Positions 1 through 10,305 of a stretch of DNA of 46,737 bases are shown here, in pieces. Positions within the stretch are counted from its first letter, which is position 1; each line of letters begins with the position of its first letter. The stretch spans positions 1 through 46,737 of IMG/VR virus record IMGVR_UViG_3300005512_000062; one strand, given 5' to 3'. The stretch is from a virus (Duplodnaviria; Caudoviricetes). The notes beneath the pieces are model-generated. The model saw nothing but the letters and a program-made list of their open reading frames with translations, did not search any database and was not told the DNA's origin. The position numbers and the translations under genes were made by a program.

Positions 1-69
1 CTAACACCCCCACCCCCCTGGAAAAACTGCCGGGGCGAACCCTCCACCTGGGGGCGCGGGCGAATAAAA
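1..69. repeat. Terminal direct repeat, left copy (probable circular-assembly overlap)
   Basis: Bases 1-69 are identical to 46669-46737. Confidence 0.95.
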
Positions 70-180
70 TAGTTATTTCTTCTTCTCTCTATCTCTACCC
101 CACCCACGCCATTCTTTCCCTACAAAAAATCCACCCACCCATAAGATCCCTTTTCTTTTATACAAATAAAAATTCTACAA

Positions 181-214
181 AAATTTGACAAAGCACAACA
201 TATAGTGTATATTT
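181..214 (+). promoter_or_regulatory. Sigma70-type promoter, conserved phage motif copy 1
   Basis: TTGACA (185-190), 17 bp spacer, TATATT (208-213). Full motif AAATTTGACAAA-N10-TAGTGTATATTT recurs at 6845 (+) and 42037 (-). Confidence 0.8.
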
Positions 215-262
215 ACAAACAAGGAACAAGACATCAGATATTTTAACCAAGGAGGAGTGATT

Positions 263-991
263 ATGGCGAAGCCCGCGAAAACAGAGAGTGCGACACCTTT
301 AGCTGACGCGAAGAAGGATCTGCAAGAGTATCCTTTTCTCGTAAAGACACTGGTGACATTTACAATGCTGAACCCTCAAGGCACCGAGGTGAAGCACAAA
401 GACGAAGTGGTATTCAAGTTGGATGCCGCGTCTGCACGAATGCCGTGGTATGTTTTAAGGAACTACACGGTCCCCAAGTTTCTTACCAAGAAGTATGGTC
501 CTTTTGAGGTAGCATGGCAGAGGATATACGAGATAAAGATCCTGAAACTTATTAACCGCGCAAATCCCGCGGACATAACCGAGATACCGATGAGGGTTAT
601 GACCCTGGGACAACTGGCGGCCTACGTGGAGAAGTGGGAACTGGCGGTCGATGTTATGGAGTTCTATTCCGTTGAGAAGGCCAGAGAGATGGTGGCCTTG
701 AAACAGTCGGATCCGAAAGGGTACGAGAAACACTTAGCGGACTATAGGGAAGGAAAACAGAGGACATATCCCGAACTTGATAATATGAGAGGGGACGCGG
801 AAGCGGCGATGGGCGAGGAAGATGAATTCTCGAAGTTAGAAGGGGAAGTTCCTATTGCCTTTGATAAGAGGAAGAAGCCGATGCCGACCGAGGAAGTCGT
901 GCCGAGCGCGGTAGAGGAAGCGTTATTAAAAGAAGAAGAGGAAGAGCCGGTAAAGGAAGATGTGCCTGCTAATCCTTTTGCAGGAGTATAG
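263..991 (+). CDS. Hypothetical protein with acidic C-terminal tail, first gene of packaging operon
   Basis: Long ORF with AAGGAGG SD before ATG 263. No family recognised. Ends ...DVPANPFAGV. Confidence 0.8.
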   Translation: MAKPAKTESATPLADAKKDLQEYPFLVKTLVTFTMLNPQGTEVKHKDEVVFKLDAASARMPWYVLRNYTVPKFLTKKYGPFEVAWQRIYEIKILKLINRANPADITEIPMRVMTLGQLAAYVEKWELAVDVMEFYSVEKAREMVALKQSDPKGYEKHLADYREGKQRTYPELDNMRGDAEAAMGEEDEFSKLEGEVPIAFDKRKKPMPTEEVVPSAVEEALLKEEEEEPVKEDVPANPFAGV

Positions 992-1414
992 ATGACTGAT
1001 CCCTTTAAACCGCAGCCTGTCACGAAGGAACTGGCCGAGAAAGATGTTTACTACAACGAGATCAATGAGAACGGCGTTGTGAGTAAGTATAAGATCGAGT
1101 CCGGTGTTCCCGTGAAGGTTGCGGAATTGGGTAATGTGAAAGATTTCTTTAACCGCGCGATAGCGAAAGCGGCGGTTATGACACCGGACCAAGTCTTGAA
1201 CCTTGAAGAAGGTGATCTCACCCACCTGGAGTTAGCCGCGATTAAGTTGGCGGGTAATGCGGCGATGGGGGATCACAAAGCGACACAGGAGTTAGCGGAC
1301 AGACTTGTAGGAAAAGCGAAGCAGGTCTCCGAGTCAACCAACCTTACACTTACAATCGATGATGTTTTGAATGCGGCCCAGAGGAAAAACGAGGAGGGGG
1401 TGGTGGATGTCTGA
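992..1414 (+). CDS. Probable terminase small subunit
   Basis: 140 aa, overlaps terL start. The AAMGDHKATQELADRLVGKAKQ segment resembles the common TerS-type A..GD..A...l.DR..GK..Q motif. Confidence 0.65.
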   Translation: MTDPFKPQPVTKELAEKDVYYNEINENGVVSKYKIESGVPVKVAELGNVKDFFNRAIAKAAVMTPDQVLNLEEGDLTHLELAAIKLAGNAAMGDHKATQELADRLVGKAKQVSESTNLTLTIDDVLNAAQRKNEEGVVDV

Positions 1415-3011
1415 TGTAGATTATAGGATAGACCAACTACGAAACGACCTCCCGGAGTATGCCGCGAAGTTTATCAGGATCCGGCCTAAAGAAGGTGGGG
1501 CGTCAGTCCCCCTCATCTTTAACCAGGCCCAGATGATGTTACATCATTTCATCGAAGACATAAGGAAAGCGGGTCAACTCGTGAGAGTCTGCGTGGTCAA
1601 AGGCCGGCAGCAAGGCGTGTCCACATACACAGCCGCCCGCTTTCTACATAAAGCGACAATGAACTTAGGTGTGTCAGTTTTTATCTTGGCGCATATGGCC
1701 AAGTCAACAGACTATCTGTTTGATATGGTCAAGAGAATGTATGGCAACCTTCCCCAGCCCCTGCAACCCAGTATAGAGCGATCTAACAAAAAAGAATTAA
1801 AATTCGGTAGACTCGACTCAGAATATGCTTTGGGTACCGCAGGGGCGAAGGAAGTAGGAAGATCTATGAACCCTCATCTGTTACATCTATCAGAAGCGGC
1901 TTTTTATGAGAATACAGATGAACTTTCAACTGGACTAATGCAAGGGGTATCCACCGGGCTAGGGACAGAAATCATAATGGAATCAACCGCCAATGGCGTC
2001 AACAATATGTTCTACAACTTGTGCATGAAGGGAACAGATCCTAATGCACTCACACGATATAAGACCCTGTTTATACCTTGGTATATCCAGGACGAATACA
2101 GAGAGACACCCCCTGCAAGATTCAAACCCAACGCAAAGGAAGAAGAACTGATGGAGATCTATGGTTTAAAGATCGATCAGATCTTCTGGCGTAGGCGAAA
2201 ATTGGAGGATGAGTATAACAATGATTTATGGAAATTTCTACAAGAGTATCCGTGCTGTTTGGCAGAAGCCTTCCAGTCTACGGGAAATACCTTGCTTAAA
2301 CCAGAACTTGTGGAAGCGGCGCGGAAAGCTTCTGCTTATCTCGATGGTCTTGCTCCAATGGTTATGGGAGTGGATGGATCTGGGGAAGGCAGTGACCGCA
2401 CTGTCCTCGTTGTCAGACAAGGACGGAGAATAGTTGAATACGAAGTACATGATGAACCGGTAAAACCCATGCGCCTAGCGGGGATAATAGCCCAAAAGAT
2501 AGACAAGCTAGGACTCGACATGGTGTTTTTAGATGTAGCCTATGGTTACGGGTGCCGGGACAGACTGGTTGAGATGGGGTATGGAGCGAAGACGATGGAT
2601 ATACACTTCGGCAGTACCCCGCTCATGCCTGAACTTTATAGGAACAAAAGAGCGCAGATGTATGGATTTATGAAAGATTGGTTTGAAGAGGGCGGAGTGA
2701 GCATACCTGATGAAGACATATTCGTAAGAGACCTGTTAATGATACCAGGATTTGAACTCAGCACATCAAGAGGATTACTCACTCTGCCCTCTAAAGTTGA
2801 TATAAAGAAAAACAACGAAGGAATTTCACCAGACATAAGCGATGCTTTGGTATTGACCTTTGCTTTCCCCGTGCGTTCGAGAGGAATGCAAAGCAAGATC
2901 CACACAGCCGAGCCAAGCGAGGTCAGAGTGCGAAGCCCTTATAAATCAAGAAGATTGTCGGAGAAGTTTGTGAAACCAAGTAAACCAAGTGAGTTGTATG
3001 TCAAAAGGTAA
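1407..3011 (+). CDS. terL: Terminase large subunit
   Basis: Walker A-like KGRQQGVST, Walker B LHLSEAAF, coupling motif ESTANG, nuclease motifs MGVDGSGEGSD and SPDISDAL. Start set at ATG 1407 after the SD. Confidence 0.95.
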   Translation: MSDVDYRIDQLRNDLPEYAAKFIRIRPKEGGASVPLIFNQAQMMLHHFIEDIRKAGQLVRVCVVKGRQQGVSTYTAARFLHKATMNLGVSVFILAHMAKSTDYLFDMVKRMYGNLPQPLQPSIERSNKKELKFGRLDSEYALGTAGAKEVGRSMNPHLLHLSEAAFYENTDELSTGLMQGVSTGLGTEIIMESTANGVNNMFYNLCMKGTDPNALTRYKTLFIPWYIQDEYRETPPARFKPNAKEEELMEIYGLKIDQIFWRRRKLEDEYNNDLWKFLQEYPCCLAEAFQSTGNTLLKPELVEAARKASAYLDGLAPMVMGVDGSGEGSDRTVLVVRQGRRIVEYEVHDEPVKPMRLAGIIAQKIDKLGLDMVFLDVAYGYGCRDRLVEMGYGAKTMDIHFGSTPLMPELYRNKRAQMYGFMKDWFEEGGVSIPDEDIFVRDLLMIPGFELSTSRGLLTLPSKVDIKKNNEGISPDISDALVLTFAFPVRSRGMQSKIHTAEPSEVRVRSPYKSRRLSEKFVKPSKPSELYVKR

Positions 3012-3032
3012 GGATGGGGTGCGGGGAAGGAT

Positions 3033-3470
3033 ATGGAGATAAGACAAGGACGAGAGAATGATTTTGCACAAGCTATGGAGTTGGTAGCAGCTTTTGCAGA
3101 GGAGTCTCTGCATGAGTATGGTGTCCATTTAGAAATCGATCAACTTCAGAAAACTTTTGATGAGGTATATTTTTCGAGTTTTGTAGCGGTGGAGGATGGA
3201 AAAGTAGTGGGGGTTCTTGCTGGGCATTTGATACCGGACCGATGTAGTGATGAATTGACATACGAAGAAGTAGTTTGGTATATGAGCAAGGAGCATAGAA
3301 AATACGGAATAAAACTATTTAACTATGTACAGCAGTGGTGTGTAGTACACGGCATACAAAGAATAAGTATGAGTTGTATGCATAACAGTAAGACAGAGAA
3401 ACTTTTTGCCCTATATGAAAAAATGGGGTTTAAGCCAATGGAGACAAGGTTCATTAAAGTGCTAGACTAA
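3033..3470 (+). CDS. GNAT-family acetyltransferase-like protein
   Basis: FVAVEDGKVVG, WYMSKEHRKYGIKL and LYEKMGFK match the GNAT pattern. Confidence 0.8.
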   Translation: MEIRQGRENDFAQAMELVAAFAEESLHEYGVHLEIDQLQKTFDEVYFSSFVAVEDGKVVGVLAGHLIPDRCSDELTYEEVVWYMSKEHRKYGIKLFNYVQQWCVVHGIQRISMSCMHNSKTEKLFALYEKMGFKPMETRFIKVLD

Positions 3471-3484
3471 AGGGAGGTAAGATT

Positions 3485-3787
3485 ATGCCTGTATTTACTA
3501 CAATAGGAACAGTGCTAGGAGCATCCGCAGCAACAGCATTTAGTGTTGGTTTAGGTGCGACAGCCCTGGCAACAGCAGTTGGTGTCGGAGCATATGCGGT
3601 AGGTGGTGGGTTTGATAGTAAGAGTAGTGTAGACGATAGAGTTGGCGCGGCTACCGGAACCGGTAAACTTACGGCAGAAGAAGCAAGAACGACAGCAAAG
3701 AAGAAAGCATATAGGGCTGGTGTTATAAATACTTCGCCTACAGGTTTGGATTCGAACCCAAACACCTCGACAGCGAAACTAAAATAA
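3485..3787 (+). CDS. Small Gly/Ala-rich virion protein preceding portal
   Basis: GGAGG SD. Position and composition (hydrophobic N-terminus, basic tail) match small pre-portal virion proteins of podoviruses. Confidence 0.6.
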   Translation: MPVFTTIGTVLGASAATAFSVGLGATALATAVGVGAYAVGGGFDSKSSVDDRVGAATGTGKLTAEEARTTAKKKAYRAGVINTSPTGLDSNPNTSTAKLK

Positions 3788-3799
3788 GGCGGTGTAGAT

Positions 3800-5590
3800 A
3801 TGGCAAAGAAACAACCCCAAGTGGGTAGTCCTCTTTTAGATAAGTTAAAACAAGCGCGTGAAGGGTATATGGGCGCGAAGGTTAACTTTAATAATCAGTA
3901 TGCTGCCCTTAGTCAATATTTCTATCAGATCCGGGCTGATCAACAGATGTATACCCCACAGGTTATACAGGGTCAATTCGAAAACGATGGTAACATAAAT
4001 GATAATGTAGGTGCTAAGAGTGCGAAGTTAATGGCATCTGCTCTTATGGGTATGATATGGAAGAATGAGCAGGGAACTTTTAGAATCATTCCTTCTAAGT
4101 ATATTGATGAGTCAGAGGAAGTGGTAGATTATTTCTATAGGATTACCGCGGATATGGCGGCCTATATGGAGCGTCCAAAGTCAAGACTCACTACTTCTCT
4201 CTTTAAGACTATACTGGAATCTGTTGTATACGGCACTTCCGGGATGGTAGTTGCCAAGGGAGGATATGATTTCCCTTTAAGATATTTCAACAAGACAATC
4301 CTTTCTTTCTATCTAGGGTACAATAGGGAAGGGGAGATCAACGAAATATTCATTGACTACAATATGTCAGCCGATGAATTGTTTGACGCTTATGGTGAGA
4401 AGGCGGGACAGCAGGTAATGACAGCGATCCAAAACAACGACCACCTAACAAGGTTTGTTGTGACAGAAGCTATCAGACCTCGTGAGAGAGAAGCCGGTAA
4501 GAGTGTAGCGGGAAAGTTAGGTATGCCTTATGCGGCTCATCTCTTTATGCCAAATGACAATATCTATCTTGAAGAGGGTGGGTATGAGTCTCTTCCAATG
4601 AAAGTTCTGTTCCAGGAAAAACTAGAGTATGAATCTTATGGTCGTAGTTCGGCAATGGACGCCCTGCCTACAGTTGTGCAGGCTAACATTGCTGCAGAGA
4701 TCCTTGCTATAGGTGGAGAACTTACCGCGCAACCGGCGCTAGGGATGTTCGACAATGGATCCCTCGCGGGGTTATCTGTCGATCTTTCGGCTGGAGCCTT
4801 GAATGTATTCAATGTTGCAGGAACAGTTCCGACTGAAAAGCCAATCTTTCCACTATTTGAGATTGGAGATTTAAGGGTTATGTACGAGTGGAGAAAGGAA
4901 TTACAGGTAGAGGTCGCGTCTTATTTCCTTCTCGATAAACTCTATGATCTTCAGACCAAGCAGAGGATGACCCTGGGTGAAGCATTGATGAGAGAGCAGA
5001 TTAGAAGTGATGCCCTCTCCCCCATATTCACACAGCAGATGGTTTTCTTAACTGAGGTACTTACCAGATCGATAGATATCCTTTTTGGTATGGGGCTTCT
5101 AGGAGTTGAGGATCCTGACAACGAGAATGACCCAAAAGTAGTTGCGCTCTTACAGAATGGGCATACTCCTTTCAAGATTCCCGAAGCGGTTCTAACGGCT
5201 ATGATTAACGGGATTGATTGGTATGATATACAGTTTATATCCCCCGCAGCTAGGATTATGAATAACGAAGAACTTCAGAGTACCTTGAAGTTTATATCAG
5301 TAATGGGTGAAGCTGGGGCTATCAGTCCTGAGTTTGTTGATGTCATCGATCCTGATGGTACAGCAATGAAGTTAAAGGCTCTTACCGCTACGGATTCAAT
5401 CGTAGTTCGTACCCAAGAAGCAAGAGAGGCCATAAGAAAGAACAGAGCCGAGGTTCAGATGCAGATGGCACAAGTAGAGATACAAGCTAAAGCAGCAGCC
5501 GCGAATCAGGCTAATGCTCAAGCAGACGCAGCCCGCAGTGGTGCTGTGCGTAATATGCAAGAATCAGGAGTACAACCAGGAGGAATGTAA
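3800..5590 (+). CDS. Portal (head-to-tail connector), T7/BPP-1-like
   Basis: 596 aa. Contains YGTSGM, ESYGRSSAMDALP, RMTLGE and a Gln/Ala-rich C-terminal helix. Gene order fits. Confidence 0.92.
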   Translation: MAKKQPQVGSPLLDKLKQAREGYMGAKVNFNNQYAALSQYFYQIRADQQMYTPQVIQGQFENDGNINDNVGAKSAKLMASALMGMIWKNEQGTFRIIPSKYIDESEEVVDYFYRITADMAAYMERPKSRLTTSLFKTILESVVYGTSGMVVAKGGYDFPLRYFNKTILSFYLGYNREGEINEIFIDYNMSADELFDAYGEKAGQQVMTAIQNNDHLTRFVVTEAIRPREREAGKSVAGKLGMPYAAHLFMPNDNIYLEEGGYESLPMKVLFQEKLEYESYGRSSAMDALPTVVQANIAAEILAIGGELTAQPALGMFDNGSLAGLSVDLSAGALNVFNVAGTVPTEKPIFPLFEIGDLRVMYEWRKELQVEVASYFLLDKLYDLQTKQRMTLGEALMREQIRSDALSPIFTQQMVFLTEVLTRSIDILFGMGLLGVEDPDNENDPKVVALLQNGHTPFKIPEAVLTAMINGIDWYDIQFISPAARIMNNEELQSTLKFISVMGEAGAISPEFVDVIDPDGTAMKLKALTATDSIVVRTQEAREAIRKNRAEVQMQMAQVEIQAKAAAANQANAQADAARSGAVRNMQESGVQPGGM

Positions 5591-5592
5591 AC

Positions 5593-5916
5593 ATGACAGA
5601 GGAGAAAAAGACATTCAGTAAGGAGAGTATCCTTGAAAAGCAGAAGGAGCAGAGAGAAGAGTACGAGAAGAAGATCTCCGAGATGCGAAAGGCAATGGAA
5701 GAGGTAGCTTCCACACCTAGTGGTTTAAGGGTGTTGAAGTATATCTATCTTCTAACCGGCGGGGATATGGGACAGGTTCGTAGAGATAAAGAGGGAGTGG
5801 TAGATATAGAAGACACCCTCTTAACCCTTGGAGCGAAAGGCGTATACGAAGCGTTACGTTACGCAATGAAATCAGAAACTATTATGCAAATAGAAAGACA
5901 TAACTGGGAAGAATAA
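5593..5916 (+). CDS. Conserved head-module hypothetical protein (Bbp19-like)
   Basis: Lies between portal and scaffold. VASTPSGLRVLKYI resembles the T..G..VL motif of this gene class. Confidence 0.55.
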   Translation: MTEEKKTFSKESILEKQKEQREEYEKKISEMRKAMEEVASTPSGLRVLKYIYLLTGGDMGQVRRDKEGVVDIEDTLLTLGAKGVYEALRYAMKSETIMQIERHNWEE

Positions 5917-5928
5917 AGGAGGAACAAC

Positions 5929-6843
5929 ATGACAACAGGAGCAGGAGGAACAGGTGGAGGAGCAACAGGTGCAGGAGGTACTGGAGGTTCTCAAGGTACT
6001 GCGGGAACTGGAGCAACTGGCCCAACTATCAAGGACACACGATTAGAGAAGAGAACAATCGAGGTCCCGGAGAAGTATAAGAACGAAGCATGGGCAAGAG
6101 AGATTAAGGATATGGATGATCTCTTCGATAAGATGGCAGGTGCGCAGAAACTTATAGGAAAGGACAAGATAACCCTTCCTTCAGATAGCGCAACAGCAGA
6201 AGAACTCAATGCTTTCTATACTCGTATGGGAAGACCTGAGACTCCGGATGGATATGAGTTCCAGAGTATAGAGGAACTTCAGGTAGTTGATAGGAACCCA
6301 GATCTCGATAAGAGTATGAAGAAGATTTTTTATGATAATGGGATCCCTAAGAAAACTGGTGAAAAGATTGTAAATCAGTATGAAGCCTTGATTTATGAGA
6401 TGAATAAGCCTACCATTGAGCAGGCAGCCAAGAGGAATTTGGACTTTCAGACCTTGGCTGACGAGGTGTTAGGTGAAGATAAAGTTGGGGCAATGGAAGC
6501 GTTCAAGGCCACAATGCGAGAATCTTTAGGTGATAAGGCGTATTTAGCTGATAAGATCGAGCATATGAGTAACGAGGAACTTATGCCCTTGATCGTGTTC
6601 AGCAAGAATATCCACGACAAGTACACTGGGGAGAATAGGATCCAATCAAGGCCAGGGCATACTCCAGGGATGACTGGGGATTTAAAGTCTGATTTCCAGG
6701 CTTTATCCAACAAGAAACTCCAGATAAAGAACGACAAGAATATGCCTGACCACATAAAGAAGATTCAGTTGGCTAACCTAAATACCCAGATAATTAAGAT
6801 TGGTGGGAAGGCTTCAGAACAGGGCATAGATTTATTTAAGTAA
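5929..6843 (+). CDS. Capsid scaffolding/assembly protein
   Basis: Low-complexity N-terminus, AQKLIG...FYTRMGRPETPDGY motif, immediately upstream of the major capsid gene. Confidence 0.8.
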   Translation: MTTGAGGTGGGATGAGGTGGSQGTAGTGATGPTIKDTRLEKRTIEVPEKYKNEAWAREIKDMDDLFDKMAGAQKLIGKDKITLPSDSATAEELNAFYTRMGRPETPDGYEFQSIEELQVVDRNPDLDKSMKKIFYDNGIPKKTGEKIVNQYEALIYEMNKPTIEQAAKRNLDFQTLADEVLGEDKVGAMEAFKATMRESLGDKAYLADKIEHMSNEELMPLIVFSKNIHDKYTGENRIQSRPGHTPGMTGDLKSDFQALSNKKLQIKNDKNMPDHIKKIQLANLNTQIIKIGGKASEQGIDLFK

Positions 6844-6844
6844 T

Positions 6845-6878
6845 AAATTTGACAAATGGTTATTTGTAGTGTATATTT
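6845..6878 (+). promoter_or_regulatory. Sigma70-type promoter, conserved motif copy 2 (capsid gene)
   Basis: TTGACA 6849-6854, 17 bp spacer, TATATT 6872-6877, with the same flanks as copy 1. Confidence 0.8.
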
Positions 6879-6998
6879 TAGGTAAATAATAACGTCCGTG
6901 AAAGAGCGGGGATCGGCCTAGCCGTCCGACTTAAATACCGGGTATCGTTAATAGACGTAAAATATTTATTGACAGAAACCCTACTAAGGAGGAACAAG

Positions 6999-7949
6999 AT
7001 GGCTAGAGCAGATTATGCAGGTGTGGAAACAGTCCTTAAAGATGATTATCTAGGTAATCTCTTAAAGATTCCACAGCAGACAGAAACAAGACTCTTCGGT
7101 GGCTTCGCAGAAGTTACTGTAGAGGGTAAACAAATGTATATCGACGGGATTGCTCCTGTTGATTACAGGATAGACAATTCATACAACGCCAGTTCAGAAG
7201 GCGTTGCAGCTAACTACTTCCGTAGAAAACTCGACACAGATAGAATGATCATCGAAGTTGATTACGATGAGCATTGGTTCAGGAAGACAACTTCCTCGAA
7301 TCCTTCTGCGCTTATCACACAGGAAATGATGAACGCTTCATATCGTTTTCTTGATAAGGTAGGTATCGATGCTTCAGTTGCTACGGTGCAGTATGGCGAA
7401 TATGGTACTTCCGATCTTACGTTTGCAAACGATGGTGGTATTACATTGGATGCAACTGGTGGTATCACGATAGATCTCCTAAGAAAAATCAATCACAGAT
7501 TCACAGGCACAGAAGTTGTATCTCCGAACGGCATGAACAATGTCAAGTTTGTTATTTCGGAAGATGAACAGTATGACATGGGTGGGATCACACAGCTTAC
7601 ATCGTGGCAGTTCCAGTCCATCTATCCGTCAAATGCGATGGGTATGCCGAATGAATCCGGTTTTGGCAGACAGCTTGGTATGCAGAACGTCACCTTTGGT
7701 GCGCAGTCTGCTACTGGCAAGATGCTGAACGAAGCCGCGGCTGTAAGAGATTGTCTCGCTTTGGCGAATGGCGCTCTCGTTTATGGTATGGCTTCTGATG
7801 GGATTAACTTTGAGATCATACCTCTTTCAGAGACGAAGATTTCAACAGTGCGTTTGAGACTAACCCTCACCGCCGGTGCGGTGCGAACAAATGGTAACAA
7901 TGTCATCAAGTTTCAGACCACTGTTAAAGATCCGGCTGTATTCTATTAA
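6999..7949 (+). CDS. Major capsid protein
   Basis: AAGGAGG SD before ATG 6999. 316 aa, follows scaffold, has its own promoter and terminator, and a C-terminal GAVR motif typical of podoviral HK97-fold capsids. Confidence 0.88.
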   Translation: MARADYAGVETVLKDDYLGNLLKIPQQTETRLFGGFAEVTVEGKQMYIDGIAPVDYRIDNSYNASSEGVAANYFRRKLDTDRMIIEVDYDEHWFRKTTSSNPSALITQEMMNASYRFLDKVGIDASVATVQYGEYGTSDLTFANDGGITLDATGGITIDLLRKINHRFTGTEVVSPNGMNNVKFVISEDEQYDMGGITQLTSWQFQSIYPSNAMGMPNESGFGRQLGMQNVTFGAQSATGKMLNEAAAVRDCLALANGALVYGMASDGINFEIIPLSETKISTVRLRLTLTAGAVRTNGNNVIKFQTTVKDPAVFY

Positions 7950-7957
7950 TAGATAAT

Positions 7958-7992
7958 GGGTAGGGGGCGTGTGTCCCCCTACCCTTTTCTTT
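7958..7992 (+). terminator. Rho-independent terminator after capsid gene
   Basis: GGGTAGGGGG-7 nt loop-CCCCCTACCC followed by TTTTCTTT. Confidence 0.9.
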
Positions 7993-8015
7993 AAATATAA
8001 ACCGAGGAGATTAAA

Positions 8016-9041
8016 ATGAGCGACGGCAAGTATGATCTAACATGGAAAAAGACCAGTGAACTTGCGGCCGGTGGTACTGCGGCGGTTGCTACCGATAGGT
8101 ATATACTACTTAAACAGACAGGACAGGGCGATCCAGTAACGCGTCCTCTTTCTGATATTTTAGGTGGCGGTAGTGCGGGGGTAACCGGGGCAACTGGACC
8201 AACTGGACCTACCGGGCCAACCGGACCACAAGGTACGCAGGGTATCCAAGGTACAGCTTCAACTGTAACTGGACCGACTGGACCAACCGGACCGACCGGA
8301 CCAACTGGACCCCAGGGAACTCAAGGTACAGCTTCAACTGTAACTGGGCCAACTGGGCCAACTGGACCGACTGGACCAACTGGACCCCAGGGAACTCAAG
8401 GTACAGCTTCAACTGTAACTGGACCAACTGGACCAACTGGACCCCAGGGAACTGCGGGTACGGCACAGACTGGACCAACCGGACCAACTGGACCAACTGG
8501 GCCACAAGGAAACCAGGGTAATATAGGTCCCACTGGACCAACTGGTGCGACTGGACTCCAGGGTACAGCTTCGACTGTAACCGGACCAACCGGACCAACT
8601 GGAGGAACTGGAGCAACAGGCGCCACTGGACCAACTGGGCCAACTGGACCTCAAGGTACGGCAGCAGTTGGTAACGCAGCTAGTGCGCAGGTCAGCGTTT
8701 CGTTGGCAGAGTTGAATGCAGGGAAGACTATTGTCGCGGCTTCGCCGGGGCAGCAGATCGTTGTAACCGATTTCGTGTTGGTTTGCAACGGTAATTTTGC
8801 CGGTTTGACTTCGTTGGAACTTGAGGACGCAAGTGCTACAGTTAATGTTTGTTCAATACTGCAAAGTCAGTTGGACAATGATGTAGTGATTACAAAGGAC
8901 ATAGACCACGCAAAGGTTATCCTGGGTGTGGGTATGGCTGAAGGTCTTACTGTCAGCGAAGCCTTGAAGATTACTAAAACTGGTGCAGCGGCAACCGGTG
9001 GTACGAGCATAACAGTAGTTGTAACGTACTTTTTGGTGTAA
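8016..9041 (+). CDS. Collagen-like (Gly-X-Thr) head fibre/decoration protein
   Basis: About 165 aa of GPT/GTQ repeats between a short N-terminal anchor and a beta-rich C-terminal domain. Directly after the capsid gene. Confidence 0.8.
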   Translation: MSDGKYDLTWKKTSELAAGGTAAVATDRYILLKQTGQGDPVTRPLSDILGGGSAGVTGATGPTGPTGPTGPQGTQGIQGTASTVTGPTGPTGPTGPTGPQGTQGTASTVTGPTGPTGPTGPTGPQGTQGTASTVTGPTGPTGPQGTAGTAQTGPTGPTGPTGPQGNQGNIGPTGPTGATGLQGTASTVTGPTGPTGGTGATGATGPTGPTGPQGTAAVGNAASAQVSVSLAELNAGKTIVAASPGQQIVVTDFVLVCNGNFAGLTSLELEDASATVNVCSILQSQLDNDVVITKDIDHAKVILGVGMAEGLTVSEALKITKTGAAATGGTSITVVVTYFLV

Positions 9042-9070
9042 TGTACTAACCTAAAACAGGAGGAAATAAA

Positions 9071-9574
9071 ATGGCTGTAGTCGATAAAACAACCTATAAA
9101 AAAAGTTCAGCAAACATACCACAGGACGCGATTGTGGCTACTGGTGCCGACAGTTTGATTCTCGTTGCGAAAGCTGCGATTACAAATGGCGATACCACTG
9201 CGTCTATATATCGTATAGCAGAGGTTCCCTCGAACTACGTTGCGGTTGGTGGAGAGATCACTTGTGATGCTCTTACCGGTCTTGATGATGTAGATCTGGG
9301 TCTGTATGAAAATGCAGAAAATGGCGGTACGGTTATAGATGTGGACGCGCTCGTTGATGGTGGAGACCTTACTAGTGCTTTGGCACCGGGTTCGGGTCTA
9401 AGTCCGATTTCTGCTGTCACAATAGCAAACCAGGATGCAGCAATGTATACTCTGGCAAGTGATGTGTCTAGCGAAAGACAGACATATGTTCTTGGTCTTA
9501 CGATCAATAAAGATGCGGCTGCCACAGGCACTGTCTGTGTTAAACTGTATCTTGTTCGACGCGAATACGCATAA
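9071..9574 (+). CDS. Probable capsid cement/decoration protein
   Basis: 167 aa, beta-rich and acidic, located between capsid and tail tubular A. Ends ATGTVCVKLYL like Bbp16-type jelly-roll cement proteins. Confidence 0.6.
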   Translation: MAVVDKTTYKKSSANIPQDAIVATGADSLILVAKAAITNGDTTASIYRIAEVPSNYVAVGGEITCDALTGLDDVDLGLYENAENGGTVIDVDALVDGGDLTSALAPGSGLSPISAVTIANQDAAMYTLASDVSSERQTYVLGLTINKDAAATGTVCVKLYLVRREYA

Positions 9575-9608
9575 ACGATCCAAGGGAGAATGTCTGATGT
9601 CATGTTGG

Positions 9609-9640
9609 GCAGGGGTGTAAAAACCCCTGCTTCTCCCCTT
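9609..9640 (+). terminator. Stem-loop, possible weak terminator or processing site
   Basis: GCAGGGGT-GTAAAA-ACCCCTGC followed by TTCTCCCCTT, which can also pair with upstream GGGAGAA (9584-9590). Confidence 0.5.
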
Positions 9641-9654
9641 AAAAAGGAGTTGAT

Positions 9655-10305
9655 ATGTCTGTATCTAATTCAAAAACTGACATCGTTAATCTTGCTTTGG
9701 ACATAATGAAGACGGAAAACATTAACGATGTTGAAATACCTGGGGACGATAAGTCGGCGGTTATACTCAATAGATGGTATGACGATGTACGCCAGGAATG
9801 CTTAGAAGGGTTCCCCTGGAATTTTGCTTGTAAGAGGGACTCTATTCCTCTTAGCGCCACCGATCCTACGTTTGGATTTGATGACGCGTATGTCCTCCCC
9901 AGCGATTATCTATCTTTAAACTTTATTAAATATTGGGACTATCCTCTATCACAGTGGAACTATCAGATAGAGAATGGCTGCATTTATATGGATAATAGTG
10001 GGGCGGCTTCCCTAGACATAGGGTATACATATAATTTGCAACAGACTGTGAAATTCAGTCCTTCTTTTAAAATGTTCTTGGCCTTTGCTTTGGCAGAGAA
10101 AGTTGTCTTTAAACTTACAGGTAATGTGAATTTAAACACTCGCATCACGCAAGGTAGGAAAACAGCAGAGGTAAATGCTAGGGCTAAGAATGGGAAGGCT
10201 AACCCCCCGGTAGCGTTTAGACAGAGCAAGATGCTCAATGGGCGTCGGGTTTATGGTGGCTCTTCTACAACGGGTTTATATACGGGGCAAAATGGCAGAA
10301 CTTAA
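9655..10305 (+). CDS. Tail tubular protein A / head-tail adaptor
   Basis: DIVNLAL, FPWNFA and YVLPSDYL motifs typical of T7 gp11-like adaptors. Confidence 0.88.
   Translation: MSVSNSKTDIVNLALDIMKTENINDVEIPGDDKSAVILNRWYDDVRQECLEGFPWNFACKRDSIPLSATDPTFGFDDAYVLPSDYLSLNFIKYWDYPLSQWNYQIENGCIYMDNSGAASLDIGYTYNLQQTVKFSPSFKMFLAFALAEKVVFKLTGNVNLNTRITQGRKTAEVNARAKNGKANPPVAFRQSKMLNGRRVYGGSSTTGLYTGQNGRT

Noticed and set aside
1-69. 69-bp terminal repeat as a biological DTR
   Set aside because: An exact short overlap is what circular contig assembly produces. It cannot be called a true terminal repeat without reads.
9581-9640. Hammerhead ribozyme suggested by CTGATG within stems
   Set aside because: The CUGAUGA and GAAA core and the three-stem arrangement are not present.
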